From a virus: a stretch of DNA of 64,000 bases. The DNA is taken from IMG/VR virus record IMGVR_UViG_3300012663_000526, positions 43,951 to 107,950 of that record, one strand, 5' to 3'. The notes under the pieces are model-generated. The model did not search any database. It saw only the letters and a list, made by a program, of their open reading frames with translations, and had not been told where the DNA came from. Positions 30,215-40,373 of this stretch are shown piece after piece (the first letter of the stretch is position 1; every line of letters begins with the position of its first letter). The translations under genes were made by a program, and so were the position numbers.

Positions 30215-31104
30215 TAACTGGATATTATGTAATTAAAGATGGAGATAAAGAAATCTCTAGATCAAATAACGTGGTTACAACTATAGGTAAAAGACATATA
30301 CTTAACTATCTAGCAGATAAAATCTCTGATAGGTCTAGGTCTATTGGAGTTGGAATTGGATCTTCAACAGCAACTCAGGCAGACTATAAGCTAGAGTTTG
30401 AAATAAACAAGTATAAGGTTTATACATCAACTATAGACTATGCAAACAACACTATAATTATGAAAGCCCAACTACCTTTGCAGTTGGCCGCAACAATAAG
30501 TGAGCTTGCACTATTTCCTGGAACATCTTCAGAGAGATCATCTGATAACAGAGTCATAACATTTTTTAATAACGATGCTACATGGACTAATGGTCTTTAT
30601 GTTTCGGAGTCTTCAAATTCTAAAATTAATAATACATCGTTTCAAATAACATCCTCAAGTGGTACTGCTGTGGTAGCTACATCAACAGATATACCATTTG
30701 ACATATCTGGATACTCAACAGACGATTCTATATCATTGGCTTTTAAGCAAAGCGATGCAAACCTACAAAGAATAGTTATAAAGCTATATTCATCAGACAC
30801 AGATTATTACTCATATACAATCAACGGAACTGCATCAGTTGGACATAGAATTGTAGAGGTCCCACTAGTAGATTTTCTTGCTAATCCAGTGGGTGATCCA
30901 AAAGATTCAATAAGCAAGATTTCAATAGAAGTTAAGGCAAACACATCAACAACATCAGTAGTAGATTTTGACGGAATAAGAATAAATGACAATGATACTT
31001 ATGTGCAAGAAACAGGAGCTATAAGTAGAGCTGCATTATCAGTACCAATTATAAAAGAGTTTGGAAGAATATTAGACTTAGAGTATAGGCTGGTGATTGC
31101 ATAG
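30211..31104 (+). CDS. Minor tail protein
   Basis: SNNVVTTIGKRHILNYLA..IGVGIGSS....D.KLEFE N-terminal baseplate-type motif; C-terminal carbohydrate-binding-like segment (VDFDGIRI). Confidence 0.6.
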   Translation: MITGYYVIKDGDKEISRSNNVVTTIGKRHILNYLADKISDRSRSIGVGIGSSTATQADYKLEFEINKYKVYTSTIDYANNTIIMKAQLPLQLAATISELALFPGTSSERSSDNRVITFFNNDATWTNGLYVSESSNSKINNTSFQITSSSGTAVVATSTDIPFDISGYSTDDSISLAFKQSDANLQRIVIKLYSSDTDYYSYTINGTASVGHRIVEVPLVDFLANPVGDPKDSISKISIEVKANTSTTSVVDFDGIRINDNDTYVQETGAISRAALSVPIIKEFGRILDLEYRLVIA

Positions 31105-33398
31105 TGCCACTAGAATCAGGAAAGTCGTCATTTGCAGCACAGCAAGCTCAGTCATATAAACTTGCTAAGTTGCCTGACAGGGCACCAGGAGTTGAAGAAA
31201 GATTCTTCATAAGGTACATAGGTAAAGATGAAGAAGGTAATAAAATAATTGGAGACTTGTCTCCTGCATTAGTTTTTACAAATGCTGGACTTGAGACTAA
31301 GGTATTTCCAGCTCCTTCCCTTACTCTTACAGCACAGTCATTCTCCTACCTTGCGGCATGGGAAAAGCCAAGCTCTTCTGTATATCCAAACTATTTGTAT
31401 ACAGAGGTATATGAATCTACAACATTAAATAATTTTACAGCCCAGCAACTAACAGACCCAGCAGTTGGCGGAATGGGAACTTTTACCTCAAACTCTGTTG
31501 TTATACCAACTGGAGCTTCATTAACTCTTAGATATGTAAAGATAAGACATGTTATGACATCTAATGGTGTTTTAGTGTATAGTCCTTTATCTGCTGCAGC
31601 AACAGTAACTCCAACAACTCCAGATGCTTCAGATCAAACTCCACCAGATGTTCCAACAGGATTTGCGGCAACTGGATATAATGACACTACAGATCCATCT
31701 GGAAACACTGGATATGTATTATTAAGTTGGACGGCTTCATCAGCATCTGATGTAAAAGGATATACGGTAAAGTTTGGAAGAACGGCTTCTACACTAGATA
31801 CATACATGACATTTGGAAAAGTTACTAATGGTAGACTTGATAACTTAAGAGCAGGCACAACATACTACTTTGCAATTGCATCAAATGATGGTGTAAATAA
31901 TAGTACATTTTCTTCAACAATTTCTGCTTCAGTTCCAGCAGATGCTACTGCCCCAGTAGCGCCAAGTGGATTATCTGCAGTAGCTGGATTAAATAATATA
32001 ATTGCTTATTGGAATAGAAACTCCGAAACAGACGTAGATCTTGGAAGAGGAACATATCAGTTCCAGTTAGCTACAGCAAACACATTTCTTCCTGCAAACA
32101 TACTTTATGACAGATCTGGATCGGCAACAGTAGCATCATTTACTGGCCTTACAACTGGAACAGCATATTATATTAGAGTAAGAGCAATTGATTCTACTGG
32201 TAACGTAGGGGCATGGTCATCTGTAGCAAGTGCAACTCCAGGAACAGTTTCTGCTCAGTCGTTGTTAACATCTGGAACTATTGTGGGAGATTTGATTGCT
32301 GCAGATACAATTGTTGGATCAAAAATTATTTCTGACAGCATTGATGCTAATAGACTGAAAACAAACACTGCCTTAGTTGGAGTTTTAAATGTTGGTGCAA
32401 CTAACGGAATAACAATTGATGGTAATTCAGCAAATAGGTCTATATATATCGGTGCAGGAACTTATGGAAATGCAAATACCCCTTTTTATGCTGCAAATGT
32501 ATCTGGTATAGGTAAGTTCAGTCTTGGAGATAAATTAACTTGGGATGGAGCTAATTTAGCAATCAGCGGCGCAGTTAGCATAACATCAAACACCACGCTT
32601 GGCGCAGACCTAGGAATTATAAATGCAAGCGGTACGATATATCTTGGGGCAAGTAAATTTGCAACCAATGATAGAATTTTATTGAATAGCGGAGGGCTAT
32701 TTGCATATCCATCTGGAAGTAATACTCCAAACTTTGCATTATCAAATGATGGAACAGCAGTATTTAGAAATTCTATATCAACTGGAGGAACATATCCTTT
32801 AGTACTTGATGGACAAAATGATAGAATTGTATTTAGTAATGGTGGCGCAGGATTTACTCTAGATCAAGATGCTGAAACTGTAACAACTTATAGTATTACA
32901 GGATATACCACTGATACTGGAGACAGCGATGATTTTTGGTACAATAGATACTATGCAACATGGATTCCTATTTATACTACATCTGTTACAGAAGCCAACT
33001 CTATATCTTTAAAAAGAACTGCCTCTGGAGGCGCTCAGCCATCTCTAACTCTTTCTACTGCTGGAACAGGTTTTACTAGAATTAAAAATGTGTCTTCTGA
33101 TACTTCAATGTCTGAAATTTTGTTATCTGACGGAGGTATACAATTAAATGCTGGAGTTAAGGGTGGATACAAAATAGAAAACCTAGCAAGCGCCCCACAC
33201 TTAACTTATACTGGATATCAAACTGGATCTAATGCTGAAATAGGAGTTTCTGTAATAATAAAGTCTGATGGTACTTTAACAACTGGAAGAGCTTTTTATA
33301 AAAGCAACGGATCAGAAAGTTCAATAACAAATGTTAACAACCCAGTTTGGCCTGGAGTAGGTTTAATTGGCGATATTATATTTAGCACATCAGACTAG
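31104..33398 (+). CDS. Fibronectin type III domain tail protein
   Basis: FN3 repeats (PPDVPTGF..LSWT..LRAGTTYYFAIAS; APSGL..LTTGTAYYIRVRAIDSTGNVGAWS), then a fibre-like region. Confidence 0.8.
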   Translation: MPLESGKSSFAAQQAQSYKLAKLPDRAPGVEERFFIRYIGKDEEGNKIIGDLSPALVFTNAGLETKVFPAPSLTLTAQSFSYLAAWEKPSSSVYPNYLYTEVYESTTLNNFTAQQLTDPAVGGMGTFTSNSVVIPTGASLTLRYVKIRHVMTSNGVLVYSPLSAAATVTPTTPDASDQTPPDVPTGFAATGYNDTTDPSGNTGYVLLSWTASSASDVKGYTVKFGRTASTLDTYMTFGKVTNGRLDNLRAGTTYYFAIASNDGVNNSTFSSTISASVPADATAPVAPSGLSAVAGLNNIIAYWNRNSETDVDLGRGTYQFQLATANTFLPANILYDRSGSATVASFTGLTTGTAYYIRVRAIDSTGNVGAWSSVASATPGTVSAQSLLTSGTIVGDLIAADTIVGSKIISDSIDANRLKTNTALVGVLNVGATNGITIDGNSANRSIYIGAGTYGNANTPFYAANVSGIGKFSLGDKLTWDGANLAISGAVSITSNTTLGADLGIINASGTIYLGASKFATNDRILLNSGGLFAYPSGSNTPNFALSNDGTAVFRNSISTGGTYPLVLDGQNDRIVFSNGGAGFTLDQDAETVTTYSITGYTTDTGDSDDFWYNRYYATWIPIYTTSVTEANSISLKRTASGGAQPSLTLSTAGTGFTRIKNVSSDTSMSEILLSDGGIQLNAGVKGGYKIENLASAPHLTYTGYQTGSNAEIGVSVIIKSDGTLTTGRAFYKSNGSESSITNVNNPVWPGVGLIGDIIFSTSD

Positions 33399-33411
33399 AT
33401 AGGAAATAAAT

Positions 33412-36400
33412 ATGGCTGGGAAAAGCTACCTAAAAAATGATTCTGGCAATTGGGCCAGAATTAAAAAAATGTACATCAAGACTGGTGGTACAACATGGAC
33501 TGCTATAAGAAAAGCCTATCTAAAAAATGAACAGGGTCTTTGGAAAAAAGTATTTGATACTGGAAGCAATAGGCCATTTATTAGAGGCGGCGATTTTCCA
33601 AAAATTAGATTAAATACTTATAGAACAAATAGTGGGTCTGCAGGAACTATAAACCCTGTTATTGAAGCGCCACCAGTTCAATTTGCTGGACCAAGATCTA
33701 ATAACGTTCAGGGAGTTACTGAAGCTCAACCAGTAGAAGGATACCCAGACGATAACATGGGAACTATGCTATTTGGATACGATGGTGATTGGGTCTCTGG
33801 AAATGGTACTTCTATGACCGCATCATATGCTTGGTTTTATAATAATGATGGAAATCCAAATGTTTTAGAGCCGTTTACAAATACTAACCCAACTTATAAT
33901 GATAGAGTAACTAATGACTCAACCAGATTTAAAGATAAACTTACTGGATTTCTTTATGGATGCTCAGTTTATTTTAGAGTAACGCAGACAAATTCTGCTG
34001 GATCAGCTTCAGAAGTTAGCGTTCCAGTTAGAATAATTAAACAACCACCAAACAATTTTACTTTTGTTATGACCGCCCCAGGATTTGGAGCAATAGGTGC
34101 CCCTAAAGTAGTAACAATTGCTGGAGAAAATTTATGGTATAACGCACCAGACCAGTATGAATCAAAAATAGAATGGTTCTCTGAAGATAGCATAAACTCA
34201 CCATTATTAAATTCTACAACACTTGTTAAGACACAAACTTTATCGTCAACTACCGCAACAACAGAAGGTGATGGAACTGCAATAAATGACACAAGTAGCT
34301 ATACCCCTAGCCAATCAAATCCTAGAGGGTATTCAGATTCAAATAAGTATTTGTTTGCAAGATTAACCTTGAAAAATAGCGGAACAGAGTATACTGGAAA
34401 CCAAAGGGTATTTACAGTAAACATGACTTCTCAGGTTGGAACAGTTAATGAAAAAACTCCACAGTGGGGAGAAGAAATTTATGTATCTACAAACGGCTTC
34501 ATCGGCCTTGCTGGATCTACTAGTAACTCTTCGATATCTGATACCAGTACTAATGGTCACGTACTAAGTTTTTTAAATAGAGATTTAAAGCAAAACAATT
34601 TAAGGTATTGGGCTGATACAACAAAATATATAGTTGATTGGTCTGGAAGGCTTTACGACGCAGCATCTGCTACCGTGACATATAGGTATCAAGCCCATTT
34701 CTATCCAGGGCAAAACTATGTTGACGTTTACTTTATAAATTATGCAGGGGGCGCTTCAACAAATGCCTACCTATTCAATGGTCAGCAACAAGTTCCCTGG
34801 ATACCAAGATCTGCTAGCTCGGCTTTTAGAATAAATATTAAGAGTGGCGTTGCAGTTGAAGCAATAACATATAATCCTACACCTACTACAGACTTTATAG
34901 CAGTACCAACAATGAATGAGGCTGATGATGCGGTAACAACATTAACATTGACTAAAGGTGTTGCAAAGCCAGTAAACCAAGTAAACCCAGAGTTTCAGTT
35001 GGTATCTGGAAATGCAAATAAAGTTGGGGCCACTTATAGACTTACTAGTGGAACTTGGTCGGAAAGCCCAACAGAATATAATTATTATATTATCAAAAAT
35101 GATATCAATGGAACGACATTAGCAAATAGCGGTTGGACAACAAGCACATCCTACAACTATACTTTTACTGCTACCAGCACACAAACTGTATCAGGATACG
35201 TTCTTGCAAGAAATGCTGGAGGAGAAGGCATTGGTGCTTATGCAACTTCTATTGGTCCAATTACAATAGACTTTACGCCACCAAACCCAACAGGAGTAAC
35301 TTGGAATGGAACAACCTTTACTGTAAGTTTTACTGGAGGAGCAGGACCGTATTACCAGCTTTGGTATGTTAACTCTACTTCTCCAACTGCACCTACGGTA
35401 GATACGGGATATGATTCTTCTGGACTTCTTCCAACATCTCCTGGATCTGTAACCTATACTCCAGGATTTACTCCTTCTGCAGGAGACACATACAACTTTT
35501 GGCTTAGATCAGCAACATCTGCAACTGCATCATCTCCCAATGTTGATAAAGGTCCATATAGCTCAAACTCTGTATCTGTTGTTATTCCTGGCCCAGCAGC
35601 GTTTTCAATCTCTATTTTTGATAGCACTGCAACTCCAACTCAGCCAAGTCTTTCAACAAGCTACACGTCTCCCAATGTAAATATTGATTGGGCAGATGAT
35701 ACCGTTGCAACTGGAGGTTGGCAGAGCTCTATCAGTGGTGGAACGCAAGGAACAAGAACAAATACAAGATCTGTATCAAATGACTTTTGGTCAGTAACTG
35801 AAGGAAGTTCTTATTCTGGGTCGGTGTATGCAATAAATTCAAATAAGACTGTAACTATGTCCTGGGGAAATGTTGCTGGCGCAGTCAGCTATAGACTAGA
35901 CTATGACATAAATGGAGGAACAACTCAAACACTAACAAACCTTACCTCAACTAGCCATACAGTAACAACTACTGGAGCGGTGAGAGTTCTTGGAATACGA
36001 GCATACTCAGGAGCAAATAATACTGGTGTGATGAGATTGGGATCTTATGATAACCAGCTTTCTATAACTCCTACAAATAAAATTTCTGCAACATCAAATT
36101 GGTCTTTGACAATTCCAGTTACTCCAATTATTCCAACTATAACAATAGCAGCAAACAGCGGAGTAACTCAAAACGCTGGAACTATCAACTGGACATCTAC
36201 AAATCAAGCAAAATATAGCGTAAACGGAACATTTGCCGTGGCAGAAACAGCATCTACTACAGCAAGGTCTGTATCAAAAACTGGACTTACAGCCTCAACA
36301 ACATACACTGGAAGAATTATTGTTACTTCTTCTACTGGTGATACTGCATTTGCAGACTATAGTCTTAGAACTTCAGATCCAGCAACTAACTATACTATTA

Positions 36401-36915
36401 CATATAACTCTAATGGTGGAACTGGAACCATGGCGGATACAGTTGGAAATGGTTCAGTTACCTTGAGGTCAAATTCATTTACTAGAACAAATTGCAACTT
36501 TGCTGGATGGGCAACTTCAGCAGGAGGAGCAGTTGTCTACGCAAACCAAGCTGCATATACATTATCGGCAGACGCAACTTTGTACGCAAAGTGGACAGCA
36601 AGAACAGTTAGTGCGGCAGCTCCATCAAACTTTGCTTTTGATGGAAATATAACTGCTAGCACAAAAAGATGGTCTTGGAGTGCTCAGACAACTGTAACTA
36701 ACGGAACCTTTGTTAGCTATAGGTGGGAGCTTTCAACCACAAATCCTAACGCAGCTGGCTGGGATGGAGTGTTTACAACTGGAACTCAGGCAGCTACTAG
36801 CCGTACCATAACAGTTACAAATGCTGCTTCAAACCCTAGATGGATGAGGGTATGCGTCAATGCTACAGACGGATTAGGGGCAGCAGTCAACGGCAGCTTT
36901 ACAGCCTGGAAGTAG
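33412..36915 (+). CDS. Large tail fibre/adhesin with Ig/FN3-like modules and an InlB B-repeat
   Basis: N-terminal (Y/F)xKxxxxW repeats; Thr/Ser-rich modules; YTITYNSNGGTG...FTRTNCNFAGWAT...TLYAKW is a Listeria-Bacteroides (InlB B) repeat. Confidence 0.7.
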   Translation: MAGKSYLKNDSGNWARIKKMYIKTGGTTWTAIRKAYLKNEQGLWKKVFDTGSNRPFIRGGDFPKIRLNTYRTNSGSAGTINPVIEAPPVQFAGPRSNNVQGVTEAQPVEGYPDDNMGTMLFGYDGDWVSGNGTSMTASYAWFYNNDGNPNVLEPFTNTNPTYNDRVTNDSTRFKDKLTGFLYGCSVYFRVTQTNSAGSASEVSVPVRIIKQPPNNFTFVMTAPGFGAIGAPKVVTIAGENLWYNAPDQYESKIEWFSEDSINSPLLNSTTLVKTQTLSSTTATTEGDGTAINDTSSYTPSQSNPRGYSDSNKYLFARLTLKNSGTEYTGNQRVFTVNMTSQVGTVNEKTPQWGEEIYVSTNGFIGLAGSTSNSSISDTSTNGHVLSFLNRDLKQNNLRYWADTTKYIVDWSGRLYDAASATVTYRYQAHFYPGQNYVDVYFINYAGGASTNAYLFNGQQQVPWIPRSASSAFRINIKSGVAVEAITYNPTPTTDFIAVPTMNEADDAVTTLTLTKGVAKPVNQVNPEFQLVSGNANKVGATYRLTSGTWSESPTEYNYYIIKNDINGTTLANSGWTTSTSYNYTFTATSTQTVSGYVLARNAGGEGIGAYATSIGPITIDFTPPNPTGVTWNGTTFTVSFTGGAGPYYQLWYVNSTSPTAPTVDTGYDSSGLLPTSPGSVTYTPGFTPSAGDTYNFWLRSATSATASSPNVDKGPYSSNSVSVVIPGPAAFSISIFDSTATPTQPSLSTSYTSPNVNIDWADDTVATGGWQSSISGGTQGTRTNTRSVSNDFWSVTEGSSYSGSVYAINSNKTVTMSWGNVAGAVSYRLDYDINGGTTQTLTNLTSTSHTVTTTGAVRVLGIRAYSGANNTGVMRLGSYDNQLSITPTNKISATSNWSLTIPVTPIIPTITIAANSGVTQNAGTINWTSTNQAKYSVNGTFAVAETASTTARSVSKTGLTASTTYTGRIIVTSSTGDTAFADYSLRTSDPATNYTITYNSNGGTGTMADTVGNGSVTLRSNSFTRTNCNFAGWATSAGGAVVYANQAAYTLSADATLYAKWTARTVSAAAPSNFAFDGNITASTKRWSWSAQTTVTNGTFVSYRWELSTTNPNAAGWDGVFTTGTQAATSRTITVTNAASNPRWMRVCVNATDGLGAAVNGSFTAWK

Positions 36916-36932
36916 TATATTTTGACTGAATA

Positions 36933-36941
36933 TGCTATAAT
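36933..36941 (+). promoter_or_regulatory. Extended -10 promoter, probably leaderless
   Basis: TGCTATAAT, 6 nt, then the ATG at 36948; no SD. Confidence 0.6.
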
Positions 36942-36947
36942 TTAAAG

Positions 36948-37169
36948 ATGACAGAGTTTACACGATTATCACAAGAAGATAAGATAAGCATACTTAATGA
37001 GAGAATAAGAGCTTTGGAGTATAACTTATATAACTTGCAAGTTGGATTAATAGAAGAAAATGCTAGAGAAAACGTAATTCAAGAGAACATTGATAATATA
37101 AGCTCTGAGATCCTAGAGACTAACAGATGTATTGATGCTTTAAAATCTGCCCTGGCTTCTTTGACCTAA
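36948..37169 (+). CDS. Small coiled-coil protein, paralogue of 37224..37448
   Basis: LSQEDKISILNERIRALEYNLYNLQVGLIEENA aligns with LTNADKMSVLNQHLKSTDFSIYNLEIDLLEANA. Confidence 0.65.
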   Translation: MTEFTRLSQEDKISILNERIRALEYNLYNLQVGLIEENARENVIQENIDNISSEILETNRCIDALKSALASLT

Positions 37170-37179
37170 TATGATTGAC

Positions 37180-37209
37180 TTGCACAGCACAAGCGTATTG
37201 TGATATAAT
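37180..37209 (+). promoter_or_regulatory. SigmaA-type promoter
   Basis: TTGCAC-18-TATAAT with an extended TG; SD GAGGAG follows. Confidence 0.55.
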
Positions 37210-37223
37210 AATAGAGGAGAAAC

Positions 37224-37448
37224 ATGGCAACTACAACTACAACACTAACAAACGCAGACAAGATGTCTGTATTAAATCAGCACCTAAAGAGTACTGATTT
37301 TAGTATCTATAACCTAGAGATTGACCTATTAGAGGCTAATGCAGGAACAGTAGATACAGAGGCAGTAGCCTCAATAAACTCTAGACTATCAGGACTAACA
37401 GCAAAAAGAGCTGTTGTTCAAGCAGAGCTAGATCTATTATCAGAATAG
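37224..37448 (+). CDS. Small coiled-coil protein, paralogue of 36948..37169
   Basis: SD GAGGAG; aligns with the upstream ORF. Confidence 0.65.
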   Translation: MATTTTTLTNADKMSVLNQHLKSTDFSIYNLEIDLLEANAGTVDTEAVASINSRLSGLTAKRAVVQAELDLLSE

Positions 37449-37456
37449 GAAAATAA

Positions 37457-37654
37457 ATGGTAGAAAAAGCGGAACTTATAATTACCGCTCTTCAGCAACG
37501 TATTGGTGAGATTGTCTCAAATTATGAGACACAAATTGCCATACTCAGAGCAGAGTTAACAACAGTAATAAACGAATCAGAAAAAGAAAAGGCATTAGAT
37601 GAGTATTCTGAAGAAATTCTACAAAAGATCTCAGAAGCCACTGACGGTCAGTAA
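37457..37654 (+). CDS. Small coiled-coil protein
   Basis: 65 aa; ALQQRIGEIVSNYETQIAILRAEL. Confidence 0.6.
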   Translation: MVEKAELIITALQQRIGEIVSNYETQIAILRAELTTVINESEKEKALDEYSEEILQKISEATDGQ

Positions 37655-38024
37655 TAAACTATACGGCGTTGCCTATCCAATATCTGGACTTTTTTATAAA
37701 ACAGAAAGAGGATATTTTTATATCAGGTCAGGCAAAAGATATAAGGTTTATTCTGATAGGTGCTTTATTTCCTGGGGAGTAAAGGCAATAGAGTCTGACT
37801 TTATTAATATCTCTAAGATGCCTTACGCTGGAATACTAGGCTTTAGAGACGGCACAATCATTCATAACCTTGCAGATGGTAAAATATATATAGTGTCTGA
37901 TAATAAAAAGCTTCACATAAAGACTCCAGATGCCTTCCCAGAAGGATGGATTGAGGCAAATAAAGTTATTGTTAGCGAAACAGAAGTTGATCTTCATAAG
38001 GAAGGGGTGGCAATAATTGGTTAG
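37599..38024 (+). CDS. Hypothetical protein with an internal two-fold repeat
   Basis: SGLFYKTERGYFYIRSGKRYKV resembles DGTIIHNLADGKIYIVSDNKKLHI. Confidence 0.55.
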   Translation: MSILKKFYKRSQKPLTVSNKLYGVAYPISGLFYKTERGYFYIRSGKRYKVYSDRCFISWGVKAIESDFINISKMPYAGILGFRDGTIIHNLADGKIYIVSDNKKLHIKTPDAFPEGWIEANKVIVSETEVDLHKEGVAIIG

Positions 38025-38481
38025 TGTAAACGTACAAGAGTTTAGTGCAAACAGTCCATTAGACTATGCAGACCTAAATAAGCTAGTATTGGCAATTAAA
38101 ACAATTGCATCAGCAATGCCAACAATTACCACATCAGCTCCTGCTGGAAGTACTACAGCAAATGTGGCAAATACCGCTTCAACAATTTTAACTGGATCGT
38201 ATCAAATAACAAACGCCCCAGCCCTTGGCGCAAAGGGTATAGGAGGAAACTATACTGTTCCCTTCATGCGTGACAATAAGCCAGTAACATTTTCATCTCC
38301 CCCATTTGTTGTTGCATGGGCAGCAACAGCTAATCCTGGATCTGGAATGGCAATTCTTAATAAGAATGGCGTTACAACAACAACAAATTTTCCAGTTAGA
38401 GGTGGATGGGTTTCAAGAACAATCACTGGAAACTTTTACGTTCAGTACATAGCAATTGGCACTGAAATTCCATCTGCATAA
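38017..38481 (+). CDS. Small virion/fibre-tip-like protein
   Basis: C-terminal VTFSSPPFVVA...VQYIAIG pattern typical of H-type-lectin/gp53-like fibre tips. Confidence 0.5.
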   Translation: MVSVNVQEFSANSPLDYADLNKLVLAIKTIASAMPTITTSAPAGSTTANVANTASTILTGSYQITNAPALGAKGIGGNYTVPFMRDNKPVTFSSPPFVVAWAATANPGSGMAILNKNGVTTTTNFPVRGGWVSRTITGNFYVQYIAIGTEIPSA

Positions 38482-38523
38482 TAGATTGTAATATCTAAAG
38501 TCTTATAGTATAATAGTTATAGT

Positions 38524-38799
38524 ATGACACGGTATCAGCCGATTAAAAGCTGGCATCAAAGAAATACTATGATTAGTCGTAATGGCTATATCCTTGTATG
38601 GGTGCCAGAACATCCCAAAGCCTTCGCAGGAGGCTGGTATTACGAACACGTTTTAGTCATAGAGAAAGAGATGGATAGAATGGTTAAGTCTACTGAAACT
38701 ATTCATCATATAGACGAAGATAAAACAAATAATCAAACATATAACCTATTTATATGTTCAAGAAGAGAGCACGACAAAGCGCATAGACAATGTGCTTGA
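38524..38799 (+). CDS. HNH endonuclease
   Basis: GYILVWVPEHP...EHVLVIE...IHHIDEDKTNN...NL...EHDKAH; TATAAT at 38509-38514 upstream. Confidence 0.85.
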   Translation: MTRYQPIKSWHQRNTMISRNGYILVWVPEHPKAFAGGWYYEHVLVIEKEMDRMVKSTETIHHIDEDKTNNQTYNLFICSRREHDKAHRQCA

Positions 38800-38824
38800 C
38801 ATAATAGAAACAATAGATTATTAT
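38796..38824 (+). promoter_or_regulatory. SigmaA-type promoter followed by a 5' hairpin
   Basis: TTGACA-17-TATTAT; hairpin AAGGCGAC-GAAGA-GTCGTCTT at 38831-38851. Confidence 0.65.
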
Positions 38825-38874
38825 TAAATAAAGGCGACGAAGAGTCGTCTTTCTACATATATGAACGGATTTTT

Positions 38875-39699
38875 ATGACACAAGCAAAGAATGACCTTAA
38901 ATGGATGCTCTCATCAGATCAACAGTTTCCATATCAAGATGATAAGATGATTGAGCTTTGGTTTAAGGTAATGAAATGGTTTAAGCCAGACGTTGTAGAC
39001 TACCTTGGCGACACAGACGATCAGGCATGCTACAGCAGATATACTGAAGGCAAGCCAACAGAATTTTTAAAGGCTTATAAGAATGATGACGTTACAAATG
39101 ATTTAGAGTTAATGATTAAGGATATGAGAATTGAAGCAAGCGGAGCAAGAGAGTTTTATGCTCGAACAAGAAAGCTCGCTCCAAAGGCACAGCTTTTTTC
39201 TGCTTTAGGTAATCACGATATTAGAATCTTTGACTACTTAGATAAAAAGATTCCAGAGTATGCAAAGCATGTAACTCCAGAAGCTTTATGGAGCCTAGAT
39301 TCTTTGGGTTATGAATATATCTATTACGACAGCCTGCCAAGGAGACGTTTTGGAGATATTCACGTTCATCATGGTATGTCAATAGCAGCAGGCGGTGCAG
39401 TTAGAAAAGATATGGAAGATATGCAGGTGTCACTGATCAGAGGACATTCTCATAGAATTGCATCTCATATGGTCACCTATGAACTTAGAAACAACGGTCA
39501 GGGAGAAACTCTTCGTGGCTACGAGATTGGTCACATGTGTGACGAAAAGGGTCCAGGAATGAAGTATACTCAGCATCATGACTGGCAAAAAGGTTTTGCT
39601 ATTGCTCATATCGAGAATGGAAACTACCCACATATTCAAATGATTCACGTTTCACCAGACTATACCTGTGTAGTCGATGGAAAGAAATTTACACTATAA
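38875..39699 (+). CDS. Calcineurin-like metallophosphoesterase
   Basis: SSDQQ, LGDTDD, GNHD, HHG and GHSH motifs. Confidence 0.85.
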   Translation: MTQAKNDLKWMLSSDQQFPYQDDKMIELWFKVMKWFKPDVVDYLGDTDDQACYSRYTEGKPTEFLKAYKNDDVTNDLELMIKDMRIEASGAREFYARTRKLAPKAQLFSALGNHDIRIFDYLDKKIPEYAKHVTPEALWSLDSLGYEYIYYDSLPRRRFGDIHVHHGMSIAAGGAVRKDMEDMQVSLIRGHSHRIASHMVTYELRNNGQGETLRGYEIGHMCDEKGPGMKYTQHHDWQKGFAIAHIENGNYPHIQMIHVSPDYTCVVDGKKFTL

Positions 39700-39771
39700 G
39701 AATTCGTAGCAAAACTACGATAGAAAGAAAATGCTCTAGCAATAGGGCACAAACAGTATAAGGAGAAAAAC

Positions 39772-40179
39772 ATGGATGGATTAGTAATTTTTGGTGCCTC
39801 ATTGGTTACCATTGTTGCAACATCTCTAATTAAGACAGTAAGAATGTCACCTAAGTCAAAGAGCACACTAGCACTTGTAACCAGCGCAGTAGCAGGAATT
39901 GCAACAGCATGGATCCAAAGCGGTGCATCTTTATTTAGTGGAGATTCGCTTCAGTCTGCTATGCTAGTATTTGGTACCTCACAAGCTATCTATAACTTGG
40001 TTCTAAAGGGTACACCTGCAGACGCTATTTTGGAAAAGTCATTTGGCGGAGGAAATAAGTCAGTTGCTCAAGCAACATCAATGGCTTCACTTCTTTCAGA
40101 TATTGTAAAGACAAATAAGCCAGCAGCAAAGAAAACAACAGCAAAGAAAGCATCTGTAAAAAAGACCTCAGATAAGTAG
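39772..40179 (+). CDS. Holin-like membrane protein
   Basis: Two to three hydrophobic segments, SQAIYNLVLK, and a Lys/Ala-rich C-terminal tail; SD AAGGAG. Confidence 0.5.
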   Translation: MDGLVIFGASLVTIVATSLIKTVRMSPKSKSTLALVTSAVAGIATAWIQSGASLFSGDSLQSAMLVFGTSQAIYNLVLKGTPADAILEKSFGGGNKSVAQATSMASLLSDIVKTNKPAAKKTTAKKASVKKTSDK

Positions 40180-40187
40180 GTCTAGAT

Positions 40188-40373
40188 ATGAGATGCAAAA
40201 GATGCCTTGGTTCCGTGTTCTTAGACAGAGTATTTTCTCAGAAATTACACGTAGAACTTTTTTGCATCAGGTGTGGTAAAAGATGGATGTTAGATAAAGA
40301 GAGGAATGCATTAGGTAGATGGCTAGACGCAAAGGAAAGACGCTATCTAAAAAAGTCAGGTATTTCTTCGTAA
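40188..40373 (+). CDS. Small zinc-ribbon protein
   Basis: CKRC...CIRCG. Confidence 0.65.
   Translation: MRCKRCLGSVFLDRVFSQKLHVELFCIRCGKRWMLDKERNALGRWLDAKERRYLKKSGISS

Noticed and set aside
39703-39720. Hairpin TCGTAG-CAAAA-CTACGA after the phosphoesterase
   Set aside because: Only 6 bp and no U-tract; too weak to call a terminator.
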